In this document: positions 27,501 to 41,091 of the stretch, piece after piece
Layout of the letters: every line of letters begins with the position of its first letter
Position numbering within the stretch: position 1 is the first letter of the stretch
From: Geosiphon pyriformis uo1
Lineage: Eukaryota > Fungi > Glomeromycota
DNA: 64,000 bases
Reading direction: 5' to 3'
Assembly (NCBI GenBank): GCA_016748015.1
Contig: JAAOMT010000381.1
Span: 40,713 to 104,712, forward strand
Position numbers and translations under genes: made by a program
The notes under the pieces: model-generated
What the model was told of the DNA's origin: nothing
Databases searched by the model: none
What the model saw: only the letters and a program-made list of their open reading frames with translations

Positions 27501-30500
27501 AACAGCTTTGACTATGTTCAGGTCTTTCTTTTTGTTATCATGTACATTAGTCATAGGCCGAATAGAAAGTTCATTAATTTTTTTTTTAATGACTTCCAAA
27601 AAGTGTTTGGCAATTACACTAACAAATGATCTACTGTTTAGGATCAAATCAATAAAGTAGCCAGCCACTTGGGCTTTGCAAATTAGAGAAGTGACATTGC
27701 TATTGTCAGCAAGTCTAGTTTAGTAAGAATGCTTGTTGGTTTTTGGTGTTTTCTTCTTTGGAATCAAGGATTTGTGAAGATCTTTTCTGAATTGTGAATG
27801 AGTCATTAACTGGCCAAAAGTAATGTAAACTGGAATTTCCATAAAATTTTTGACAACAAAATAGGGACCAGATTTTTGGGGATTCTAACTTTAGAAGATT
27901 CTTAAAAATTTTTGTTTTTGGTGATTTATTGTTATTAGCAGTTAATGTAGATGCTTTTTTTGGGTCTAAAACAAAATTAACTTTGGCTTTTTTTTTCTTT
28001 CTTGTTAATTTAGAAGTGTTGATTGCTAGTTTATCTATGTTATGATCATTATTAATTAAATTAAAAATATAAAAAAGGTTTTTTTCTGATTGGCTTGTAC
28101 TCTTACCCTTTAGAAATATGCTTACTAGTTTAAAGACTGATAAACAGTGACTTCAACTAAGAAATTTTTTTCAAAGAAATTGATGTTGGCATAATTGAGT
28201 TTTTGATTGAAAATACTATTGTTATTGATTCTGTTGTTCTAATTATTATTATTTTTAGGAGCTAAAGGAGACAAAGAAAGATTGTTGCAATCTCTGAAAA
28301 AATGTCCAGTTAATTCACAGCAATAACACACAGGTGAGCCATGATTTTGTTATCTTTGATAAGAAGATTTTTGGGGCTGATTAAAATGGAATTCAAATTT
28401 GGGTCTTTGAATTTGTTAATTTTTTTTGACTGCTTGGACTAAGAGCTTTAATAATCAGACAAGATTGGCTATGAGTCTATTTATTAATTGTTTATTGGGA
28501 TCTGAAGTTTAAACAGTGAAAAAAGTAGCAGTCATTTGAGGAGCAGAAGCCATAACAGAAGCAGAAGCAAAAACTAGAAATGTGAATTCCAAGTGCATTT
28601 TTTGATTGTTTTCAATTCATTGGGCAAATTCAATAGTTATATCTATTATGGGATTGTCTTTTAGGGCCAGAAAAAGTCAAAGAGCATATGAGAAATTAGT
28701 TCTCAATTCTTTTGTAAAGAAGTAAGTTTTCTGTTCTTCTGTTTAGTTTTTTTCAAAGTCTATTTGCTTGATTAACTTTTTGATTGCTTTGGCATATTTA
28801 GTTACAATTTTACCAGAATCTTAGGTTTTTTTTTTAATTTTATGCACCATTTGAATATCAAGATAGGAGTTCTAAATTTTATTTCAAACTGGGTAGTAAA
28901 AGAGATATTGTCTTCTTTAGCATTTGTTGGTATCCATCTAATAATTTTTTGTTGAGCATTGGCATTGGTTTTTTGTAAAAACCAAGTAGCAAAGAGCCTT
29001 AAAGATAGCCACCAACAATTTGGAACTTGTATTTATTATCATATTGGTTGGCTGTGACAGTTTTTTTAAAGTTATTCAACTATTCAATTAGATCTTGTGC
29101 ATTACCTCTAAATAATAATAATGAAGTATTGTTTTTTCATTTTAAAGCAGTTTGTATGTCTTAGAATGTGATCAAAATGTTTTGTTGCATAGAATCATTA
29201 GCCATTGGTTTAAGAATAGCTGTTTGTGTAGAGTGTTCTGATTCACTTAAGAAGAGATTAAAAACAAAAACAGTTTAATAACTTTTTTCTTTTGTTTCAA
29301 AAAGTGTTTTAGTTAGTTGATGAGCAGCAATTCAAATATGAATTTGGTGATTTAGATATTCAAAATCAGAAGACTGTTGTTCAAAAGTTGTGGAATATAA
29401 AAGCTAATTAATACTGTTGTTATTTTCTTCAAATTTGTCTTTAAAATAAGCTTGGTTAAAGTAATAAGTTGTATAAGCTGTGTAAGTTTCAGTTAAATGC
29501 TTATTCAAAAACCAGTTCTAAAAGTTTTGAAATTGTTTACTAGATTGTTTTTCAATGGAGAAGCAAATTAAGCAAAAAGGCAAAAGATTGAGTTCAATAA
29601 AATCTAAATTGTTTTTGTTGTGTGCTTTAAAATGTTCTTCTGATTGTTGTGGCAGATATAAATAATTAATTATATAATAGAAAACAAAGTGAATTTTGAC
29701 AACCTTACAGAAAACACCACTTTTATGTTATAGGTTAAAGTAACAAACTAATGGATAGTAAAGAAAAATAGAATTGTAAGGTAATAAAAAGAATCAAAAA
29801 GAATTTAACTTCAAAAAACAAATTGAGTAAGTATAAATTCAATATGTAAAATTAGTCTTATAAAATATTTTAATCACTATATTTTTTAAAAGATAATCAG
29901 AGAATCTAAAGGTAAAGAGATAGTTCATACTGTCAACAAATAATCACACACTGGTATAATTCTATATTTTATGTTAGTGCTCTTAGAATTCAATATTAGA
30001 TATTAAATGTATTCTTCAATCACATTTTATTTAATAATTTTTAAATATTACAATTACACATTTTAGAAAAAAAGGTAGAAAATAACCAACAAATAATCTT
30101 TTATTCCAAGATATTTAGATACTTAAAGATAGAAAAAGTGAAATTAGTAATAAAAAAAAAATTGAAATAAAAGTTGTTATTTTATTTATTTGATTTCCTT
30201 AATTTCTAACATACTTTTCTACAGCTAAAAGATTTATTGCTATTATAGTTATCAAGAATAGTCAATGATTAGGTTAATAATTAAGTCAATAATCAGATCA
30301 ATGATTAAGTTAACAGTTAGGTCATTGATCAATGATTACTATCTAAAAATAAGGTGGCTAATTATATGATATCAGTAGTTAATATATGTAATAACTTATA
30401 AAAAGTATGAGTTTCAACTATAACAGTACTAATAATCTCAATATATATTGTAGCTACTATCAAACTATTACCAATTTTTTCAAGCAATAGTGTTATTTTA

Positions 30501-33039
30501 ATTTCAGTATTAGATTTCTTAAAACACTAATTTAAAATCTAAAGCTATTAATTATAGTCAAAAATAAAAAAATAATTTTGGAAACCAATTCTAAAATCTA
30601 ACAATACTAATTTAAAACATAAACTATAATAATTTACTATTATAAATACCACCAACTAATTATCTAAATCAAGCATTATATTTTAGTCTTACTAAAATTT
30701 AGAATTTTAATAATACTGTATTTTTAAAAAAAAAACCTACAATTAAAATTACCAATCTTTTTTTTATTAACAACAATCAGATTATTTTTAATATGATTTT
30801 TCTAATCACAATTATTGAAAATAAAATGCTTGCAGTCATATTTTTATTTAATATTAACAGTTTAAATACTTTTAATTTCTTTAATAAACTGCTATTAATT
30901 AAAACAAGCCAATTATAGCAATATATACTGATATTACAGTAAAACAAATAACCATTAAACTAATACTTAATAATAAATTAACTAATAGCATAATTACAAA
31001 ACAGTTTATAGATTAATTAAATTGCCAAATTAATCAAATAATTACAGCTAAAATTATTATGACTAATAAAAATACTAAAACTCTAATAAAAAAAATTAAC
31101 AATTTTTTTTGAAATAAACAAAATCATAATTTCAACTAAAGTTTTTGTAATAAAAGCAACTTAATATCAAGTTTTAGTTGATAATAATCAATTGATTAAA
31201 ATATGCAAAAGCTTTAAATTTTGTTCAATAATCAATATACTTAAGTTTCTGTTACTTATGAATACTTTAAAACAGTTATTATTAACTATCTAATTAAAAA
31301 CCAATATTACAATTACAATATTAGATTTTTTTCTCAATTTAAACTTAAAACCCAAAATTCAAAACCATTTTATTAAATTAAAAATTAGTAATAATAATAC
31401 ATTAACTTATTCTTAATATTATTAATTTACAAGTTAAAAATTAGATTCAAAATTCAAAAAACACACAATTATTTTTTCTAAATTTTTAGAACTATTTAAG
31501 TTTCTTTGTTTTTATTAAAACTATTATATTTAACAATAACATTCAAATTATAATATAATCTTATCTATAGTCATTATTAAAAATAATATATTCATTACTA
31601 TCTTTTTATTTAAATTAAAAAAAAACCACTATTAAATAAAACAGTTTTAAACTTAATTCAATCTATTATTATTATGTATACAAATACCAAAGTTAATGAT
31701 CAATCTATTAAACTTATTTTTAATAGTAATTAACAAACAGAATTATTACTTAACAACTTAAGAATTAATTAAGTTATCAAGTTAATTAAGCTGTTAATAC
31801 ATAAATTATTACAACTGATGAAATTATAAAAACTCTAATTGGTAAAATTAACAACTTTTTATTTAAAATTAATGATATTATAACATTAATTAAAATTTTT
31901 GTTATGAAAGCTATACAATATTAAACTTTTATTAATAATAACTGGCTGTTTAAAACTAATATTATGCTTAACTAAAACACCCAAAAATTTCAATTAAATT
32001 ATTAAAAATACTATATAAAAGCACTAGCTATATATGAATATTTTAAGACAATCAACAAAACACTACTAATTAAATTAAAAAAAATTAATTTTGAAAATAT
32101 ACCAAGTTTTATAAATTAATAATTTAAGTAAAAATTATTTTAAATATTAATTTAAAAAAAAAAAAAAGCCATATATATATATTATCATACCAAAAAAAAC
32201 AATACAATAATTATACAACATCTATAAAAATTTATATTATTGATGACCAAAGCTAATTTGTATTAACTATAAAAAAAACTTTTATTAATAAGTACTTATT
32301 ATAATAATAATAAAAAATATTTACTATAACTAAATATTACTGTTATCTATATATTTTTAAATAATTTTGTTATTCAAAAAGACAAAAAAATATGACAATA
32401 AATCTTGTTTAGTATATAAAAAAACTTTTTTTAATAAAAAAATGTAAAATAATATTCTAAAAAGAGAAAAACATATAATGAATTATGTCAATACATAATT
32501 TTTATCTATAATTAAATAAAAAAAAACTGTTACAAGTTATTTATAACTATGTTCTTACTTAATTAGATAGTTATTTATATAATAAAGACAAAATCTGGAA
32601 AATAATAACTGTTAAATATAATAATATTACCAAAAAAATTTATATAATTAAAAATATACAGAAAAAAAATTTATTTCAAAACTTATTTTTTGTAATACTT
32701 AATAACTCAGTAAAATTTAATAAGTACTACTAATTATTAGTATTTATTTAAAAAAAACAAAAACAAAAATTTGTCAATCTTAATATCTAACTATATAAAT
32801 ACTGTTTTATTTCATGCTAATTCAAATATTATAATAAATATAATTTTGTTTACAATCTACTATTATGTATTATTTATTCAATTTTAGAGCTTGATAAGTT
32901 AATTAGCAAAGTTAATAAATCAAAATTAGAACTTAATTATAATTTAAACACTATTTTTGAATTTAACACAAATTTAATTATTGTTTTTAAGACTAAACAA
33001 TATATTATGCTTTCTAATTTATCAAAAAAGCAGAAACTA

Positions 33040-33450
33040 AAATAATTCAATAAAAATAACAAAAATATTATATTTAAAAAAGCATATAAAACAGATATTA
33101 GATTTATTTTTAAATATTTAAAACAATTTTTTATAATTTTAAAATCTTATTTGCTTATTAATATAAATTTAAAATTAACATTAAAAGTTTTAGCAATCAC
33201 TATAATTTCATTAACATTTAGATTTAGTCTAACTAAAAAAAAGATTATAATAAAAAAAAAAATAATTAATACTAAATATGTAAAAAATATTATCATTATA
33301 CTACAAAATAATTTAGACAAAATTTACAAAATAAAACCAAAAAAAAGATAATACAGACTATATTTTTGCTTTTGGTTAGAATAATTAAACTAATATTAAT
33401 AAAAACAAGAAAAAAATTAAAAATAACTGCTAAAAAATTAAGAAATTTGA
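33040..33450 (+). pseudogene. dut: Decayed dUTPase domain
   Basis: ORF 33151-33351 LTFRFSLTKKKIIIKKKIINTKYVKNIIIILQN is a G>A/C>T-decayed LASRSSLAKKGI.I.GGIIDAGY.GNI...LQN. Colinear with 20035-20460. Confidence 0.75.
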
Positions 33451-36400
33451 ATTAATAAAAAGAGTTAATATATTTATTATATAGCAAAAAAAATTATAGA
33501 CCAAAAAAAAAATTATTTTTATAAGTCATAATGTTTTTATTCTATTATATTACAAATATTTGCTAAAAATATCATGAAAAATTAAGAATCAATTACAAAT
33601 TTTTGAAATAGAATCCAAAAAATACCAAAATAAAACTATTACTATTATTAGCTTATATTTATTAGCCAAAAATTACAAAAATATAAGATTTTAATTTTTA
33701 ATATTTTAAAAATTATGTAAAAATACTAGTAAATACTATTATTAAAATATTTAAATCCAGAAATTAAGGACCAATTAACAACTAATGTGCCAAATTTCAA
33801 TTAATTATGTAAATATATTAAATTTATCTTACAAATTTGGGTTCAAAAAATAAATATTATGTGTTTTAGCCAAAACAATTAAAATAAATAAACTTAAAAA
33901 ATCTAAATTAAATATAAAAAATATAATTTTAAGTATTTCTTAAACAATATATTAATGTTTTTACAAGTGAAAATGAATTTGAAAAAATAAATATAATTAA
34001 GCATAAAATAAATATAAAAGATACAATACTAATTAAACAAAGAACATACAAAATACCACTAGTCAGTCATAATATTATTAAAAAAAAATTAATTGGATAT
34101 TAAATAGTAGATTAATTTATTATTTATAAGTTTATAATTATTACCAATAGTATTAATACAAAAAAAAATGGCAAAATCCAGTTTTGTATAGACTATCAGA
34201 AGTTTAATAATATTATTTATAGTGATAACTATCTAACTTTATAAATTCAAAATTTTTTTGATTTATTCAAAGAAAAAAAATAGTATTTTATATTAGATTT
34301 AAATAATAGTATTATAAATAATTATTTAGAATATTGAAACAAATAACAAACCTGTAACTTAGCACTCAATAATTAATAATATTGTAAATAGTTTTTGAAA
34401 ATTTTTGAATCTAAAGATTTTAATTAAGTTGTTTATATAATAAACAGAAATTTTTTTGGTAGTTGTTTTCTCAATTTTTTTTTTAGCATAAAGACTAGTT
34501 TGATCTGACAGTTATAAGTTTTTATTTTTGTTTTACAGATTTTTTACCAGATTATTTTTAATATTAATATTTAGTACTTGATTTTTTAATTAATTAGTAT
34601 ACAACACAAAAAAATAAAATAAAATAAAAATAAAAATAAAAAAATAAGAAAAGAAATAAAAAGTTAGTATCTTATTAATAACTATAATCATAAGTTATTG
34701 GTTTAATATAATTAAGTAGTCAATATTAATAACATGAATTGCTAATAAAATTGAAAAATAACAATTTTAACCCAATAAAAAAAATAACATAAATTGAATA
34801 ATAATATAATAATTTTATTTGATATTTAAATGATTTTACTTTAAAATATAAAAAACTATCTTTAAAAAGAGATATATATTATGAATATTTATTGTTAATT
34901 AACTAAAAACTTGTCTAAGTCTGAATGTAAATATTTTGAATCTGAATATATAGAATTAAGTGAAAAAATAGAATACTTTTTTTATTTTTAATATTACTGC
35001 TATATATATATAATTCTTATTATATAAAATTTTATATATTTCTACTTTTTTTTAAACTACTTTTTAGAACTGTGTTTATTTCTAAGCAATATGTTATGAT
35101 TTTCTAAAAATATGTATATTTCTAAAAATATGTTTATATATTAAGTTCTATTTTTCTATTAATCTATTTTTCTGATCTGTTTTTTTTATTTTTTTGTACT
35201 CTTTTTTTATGCATAATATTATTTTCTCTTTTAATATTAAGCATTATTAAAATTCTTATTTTGAATTAACTTTATTTTTTTTTTCTAATATTGTGTATTT
35301 AATTCTAATTCTTAGATTTTTTAATTAAGAATTGGTTATTTTTTCTTATTGATTAACTATTATTGTTTTCATTTTTGAATATAGTAGTATTTCTAGATAA
35401 TTTTAAAATATGGCATATAATTAAAAAATTGTTTTAATATATAGTATTAAACTTGTTTTTTTTCTAATTAAGTTTTCAATTTGTTGTACTATTTGTTAAT
35501 TAAATGTTTTTTTAAATTTATTTATGTACAACTCCTAAATATTTAATTTTTATCTTAGTCAATAATAATAATATGCTCTTAAAAGTTGTTTTATCTATAA
35601 TTTTTAATTTTTTTAGTCAATTTTTCTGTTAAAATAATACTTGGTATTTTTTTAAAAGTGTTCTTTACTTTTTTTATAATCTTATCTAATTAGTAATTTG
35701 GTTGTTTCTGTAGTTATTAATATAAATTGTTCCTTGTTTTTTTTTTTGCTTGTGTTTTTATAACAAATTATTTGGTAATTAATAGTTATTTTTATGTTTA
35801 AATGTTGTTAATTTGTTATTTAAAATAATTATTGTGCTAATGTATAAATATGATCTGAAATTTCTATCTTTTTTGATTGCTTTTATTACATGTACTAATT
35901 TTTTATATACTAATTTTATAGCTTAAATTAACATGTTTGCTTTAATAACTATGATTAGTTTCAAATTTCATGAAATTTTATTTGGTTTAATTAGTATTTA
36001 TTATACTTTCAGTTGTAGAAATTATTGATAAAAAATAATACTATATTGTGATATAATTTCAATTAATTATTATGTACTGCTTTGACTAAAATTTTGTTGT
36101 TCTATTTTAACTTCTATGTTTTATTTTCCAGAATTTTTTTAATATGAAATAGACTGTTCTATTTGAAATTAAATTTTCTATTTTATTGTTTTTCTGCTTT
36201 GGTATAATATAAAAGTACTTTGTTTCTAATATTAAATTCAATTAGTTTGTTTAATAATTTGTTGTTATTGTTGTTTTTGTTTTTTTTGTAATTTTTAGAT
36301 ATTATTAGCTGCTTTTTTTGATTTTTTAGTATTTTTATTAAGTAATAAGTTTTTTATAACAGTATCTTTTAAACATTAACTTTTATTATTGGTTCTGTTA

Positions 36401-38874
36401 AATATATATAAATATTTATTTCTATTAATAATATTGCTGTTCTATTATATATTAACTCAAATAATGTTATTTGTATTATATCTTGTTTTATTGTTTAATA
36501 AACAAATAATATTAATAATATAAACAAATTTTATTTGTTCTGGTTTTTTTGGCTAATTTTGACTATTGCTTTACACAATATTTTATTGAATTTTTCGATT
36601 AAGTTATTGGTTTGTAAATAATATAAAAATGATAATAATCTTTTAATTCTAAATTTCTGACTTAATTCTATTAATATTCTGTTTACAAAGTGAGTTTTTT
36701 GATCTAATAACAATTTTTTTGAATATTAATATTAACAAATCAAATCTTGGTATATAAATTCAGCTATAGATTTTTTATCTGTTTTTTGAATAACTTTAGC
36801 TTCTAAATATTTTATAAAATAGTTTATGACAACTGTTATATATTAATTGTTTTTGCTAATTATTGTCAATAGTCTAATTAAGTCAATTTCAATTTAATTA
36901 AATAGTTGTTTTACTTTGATTAATTTTAGTAGTTTATGGAAATTTTTTTCATTTTTATTAATAAATATTATAATTTTGAATATATTAAATAATATTTAAA
37001 TATATTAATAACCAATAATATTTTTTTTGGTTTTTTCTATAATAGGTTTTTTATAAAAACATCTTACTGTTAAATTTAAGTGCATATTAAACAATATTGT
37101 TTCTTTTTCTGGTTCTGTGATAACTTTGAGTGGCTGGTTTGATTTTTTTCTGTTTTTTTAATATAATATATTTTAGTAAATAATAAAATATTTTAACTGT
37201 TGTTTTATGTTGTTTTGTTTTTTTTAAAAATTTTTTTTTAAACTATTAGATATTGATATAATATTAGAGTTGTTGATATTTTTGTGTTTTTATTTTTTGA
37301 TTTATTTTTTTGGTTGGAAATGTTTTAGATATATCTTATATATAACAAACTATTAATATTTCTATTTTTTTTCTTTTTTATAGTGTATTATATATTAAAA
37401 TAATAATAATTTTATTTTCTATTTTGCGTGTTAATTGTCTCTAAATTTTTGTTTTTGAATTGATATTAATCTTTTGTGGTTGATATATACATCAAATTTT
37501 TAACTTAAGTATTTTCTTTATTTAATAATAGTTTAATAAATAGCTAAATGTTTTAATGCTAAAATTTTATAGTTTTTTTAGTTAGACTTAAACTTTGATT
37601 GATATATACTACTAAATGCTTTTGTTTATCTGATTTTTTTTATAATAACACAGCTTTTAATGCTTAAGCAGATACATTTATAGTAATAATAAATAGTTTG
37701 CTATAGTTTAAATAAATTAATATTAAAGCTTGAATGAGTTTTCTTTATAATATATTAAAAGTTTCTTGTTGTTTTTCTATTTATTTATATTTGGTGTTTT
37801 TAACTTGGAGCTAGTAAAATAATTAAGCTAACTTAGAAAAATTGTGAATAAAACATCAATAGTATTTAGTAAATTTTAGAAATAATTGAAGTTCAATAAA
37901 ATTAGTAAGTACTAAAAAGTTTTTAACTATTTTAATCTTATCTAAATTTGTTTTAATGCTATTTTTGCTAATAATATGTTCCAAAAATTCGAGTTTTGTT
38001 TTTTCAAAAAAGCATTTTATAGCATTTAATTTAAATTTTGCTTGTTTAAATTTTTTAAACACTTGTTAGAAATAATAGAAATAATTATCAAATGTTTTAA
38101 AAAATACATTAGTATTATCTAAATAGACTGCTACTGATTTTTATAGTAATTTAATTTAAACAATTTTTATTAGCCATTAAAAAATGGCTAAAATATTAGT
38201 TAAACCAAAAAAACATAATATTAAATTCAAAATTTTTTTCTCTGATAGTAAATGTTATTTTCTTCTTATTTGTTAAATTATGGTTATTTGTTAATAATTA
38301 TAGACTTATTAATAATTGAATTAATCTGTTTTTTAACATAAGATTAAATTTTTAACATATAATTTTATGATTAGCAAATAGTACCTGATATGCTTTTTGC
38401 TTAATTGGTATTGTATTTTCAGTCTAGATTTTTAAGTTTATTTGCTTTAACTGTTTTGGTTGTAACAAATAACATTCTTCTTGTTTTCAAATTATTTGTG
38501 ATGTGAAATTCACATATTTACACAATTATAGAAAGTTTGAAACAATAATGATTAATAGATCTTTAACTTTAGTATTTAAATATCTAATGATAATTTTAAT
38601 TAGTATTTCTATTGAGTTTTTGGTTGTATTGTAAATTAAAATTTAAATATATTTGTAATTTTTGGCTGGTAAATATAAATTAATAATAGCAATCTCTTCT
38701 GATTTACAAATAATAGATTCTGTTTCAAAAATTTGGAGTTGATCTTTCATTTTCTTTTTTATAGTTAATATATATTGATTATATAACAGAATAGAAATTG
38801 ATTGATTAATAGAGATAATTTTTCTTTAATCAATTATTTTTTTTTGCCATATTAACTAATATTTTTGTTTTTTT

Positions 38875-39300
38875 TGTTGATCCAAATTTATTAATTTTTT
38901 TTGCTGTTATTTTTAACTTTTTTCTTGTTTTTATTAATACTAATTGAGTTATTTTTACCAAAAAAAAATATATTGTTTGTGTTATTTTTTTATTTAGTTT
39001 AATTATATATATATTTTTTAATTTATTTTTTAGTATTGTAATAATATTTCTTACATATTTTGCATTAATTATTTTTTTTCTAATATTAATTTTCTTTTTT
39101 GCTAAACTAAATTTAGAAGTTAATTAAATTATTATTATTACCAAAATTTTCAGTATTATTTTTAAATCTATATTAAACATAAATAAAGTTCTAATATAAT
39201 GACAACTTTTCTGAAATATCTAAAATCAAACTCTGTATTAGTATTATATATGCATTTAGGCATAATATCTTTATTATTATTACTGAATCATCTAAGTTTC
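38875..39300 (-). pseudogene. dut: Decayed dUTPase domain
   Basis: Reverse complement reads NTEFDFRY...LTSKFSLAKREINIRKKIINAKYVRNI...KKITQTI...KKINKFGST. Confidence 0.78.
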
Positions 39301-39737
39301 TGCTTTATAAAAAGATTTGAAAATGCAATATATTGTTTAGAATTTAAATTTAAAGTTCAAATTGTTATTATTGTCTTTGTTAATAATGTTAAAACTGTTG
39401 TTATTATTATTATCAAAATCTAAATTGTGATTAAATTTTGATTCTAATTCTAAAATGTATTTATTATTATTTATAAAAAAAGTACAAAAAAAAAAGTAAA
39501 AAACAGATAAAAAAAATAGACCAATAGAAAAATAGTATTTAGCAAGTAAGCATAATATCAAAAATTATAACATATTGTTCAACAATATGTATATTATCAG
39601 TGAATTATAGCATACTGCTTAGCAATATGCATATTATTAGTAAATTATAACATATTGCTTAACAATGAGAATATTGTCAAAGAAAATAGAACATATTGCT
39701 TAAAAAATATAATATCTTATATAACAAGAATTATGTA

Positions 39738-41091
39738 CAAGGGAATATAAAAAGTATTAGACACTTTTATAATATGTTATATAAAAAAACTAATTTATGA
39801 ATCATTAATTTTTTATTATTATATTAAAATACATGTTAATATTTTGTTTGACTCCCATTTGCTTTAAGAATAGCTTGAACTTGACATAGGATAGACTTGA
39901 TTAAATTACAATAGTAATTTACAGATATTGCATTCCATTTTTTCTTAACCCACTGTTCTAATTATACAATATTTGAGAGTTGTAAATTACATTGACAAAT
40001 TTTAACTTCAATATATGACCAAAAATTTTCTATTAGAGTAATATCAAGACTTTGTACTGACCAAGGAAGTAATTCAACATTTAAAAAAATAAGAAAAGAA
40101 TATACAACTTTTGATATGTGGATTAGTAGATTGTTTTCCTGAAAAAAAAACTTTTTTTTAGTTTTTTTTGCATGAAATTTTACTGTAGGAATTGTATAAT
40201 TAGCCAAGATTTTGCAGTATATAACTCCAGTAATATAACCAATCAAAAGAATTAAAAAACCCAAACTAACCCATAAAAAATATCTTTAAAACATACGACC
40301 AAAGCTTTTTCTAACTGTGGCTGCAATACAATCCTTATGAAACTCTTTGGAAGGTTTATGCCATATACATCAAAATTCTGTAGTCCTAAATTGTGTATAT
40401 GTAGATTCATCTAACCAAACAATTTATTTAAAATCTTCTACTGTCCAATTTTCATAAGTACGAACCTATTGTAAATGTTTTTTTTATTTGATTTGAAAAT
40501 TAATGACTTAAGATGAAGAATGCATGAGTGAAGTCCTTTTTGAGCTAATCCATTTTGAATAGTTTGTATAGAAATAGATTTGTTGGTATCTTTAATAAAA
40601 TTTAATCGTATTTGAGAAAGAGTTTGGCAGCAGGTTTTTTTATTCTTCATTATTGAATATTTGAGTTGTTTACATGCATATTTGTTAAGAATTTGTAGTC
40701 AGTTTATTTGTTTTTTAGGAAGTTTTTTTAGCTCGTATGATTTCTATACATGTATTACAAAAGAATGTGAACATTCAATAGTTGTGAAAATCTCACTTTT
40801 TATATGTCCTAACTTTATTGCTAAAATAATCCTTCTTTTTTGGTATTCAGAAAGTTTTTTTCCAAGACATATTTAATATGGTAAATTTTTTTATGACAAA
40901 AATGTTTGATATTTTATATATACATGTATAATCTATTATTATGTTTTACAAAAACGCAATTTATGTTGATTTGTAGATTATAACTATAAATAATTATAAA
41001 AAAAATTATGGCTTAAATTGGTAATAGTATTACAATATATAGCCTTTTTTATATATTATATTAAGTATCCAATACTTTTTATACCCTCCTG
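39738..41091 (-). mobile_element. Tc1/mariner DNA transposon (DD34E), 1354 bp, ~29-bp TIRs, TA TSD
   Basis: Left end CAAGGGAATATAAAAAGTATTAGACACTT. Right end reverse complement CAGGAGGGTATAAAAAGTATTGGATACTT. TA at 39736-39737 and 41092-41093. Excision restores the LTR motif ATTATGTATATATAG. Confidence 0.95.
39836..40870 (-). pseudogene. Tc1-family transposase pseudogene
   Basis: ATG at 40870, TAA at 39836. Motifs IVWLDES, FQENN..H (FQQDN), WSVQSLDITLIENFW (WPSQSPDLNPIE), KANGSQTKY. 34 residues lie between the second D position and E. Contains stops and frameshifts. Confidence 0.92.

Larger units (their letters stand above)
12918..30425 (-). mobile_element. Full-length decayed Ty3/Gypsy element (lineage B), minus strand, TSD GTAC; carries nested element 15714-25477
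   Basis: LTRs at 29726-30425 (5') and 12918-13641 (3'). GTAC at 12914-12917 and 30426-30429. PBS TGGTGTTTTCTGTAAGG after the LTR. ORF fragments 27234-27668 (protease), 26162-26515 (RT, VYLND), 15130-15423 (integrase HHCC). Colinear with 50409-57924. Confidence 0.93.
11900..31270 (+). mobile_element. Old, heavily decayed Gypsy gag-protease fragment (host of the 12918-30425 insertion)
   Basis: ~12430-12660 ILNQF..L..SIL (Gag capsid end). 12762-12810 CYYC*KFGHIAKNY (CCHC knuckle). Resumes at 30430, with an aspartic protease remnant at ~30890-31260. Left boundary approximate. Confidence 0.6.

Noticed and set aside
39561-39680. CRISPR-like palindromic repeats
   Set aside because: The units are directly tandem with no unique spacers, lie inside LTRs, have no cas genes nearby, and the context is eukaryotic.
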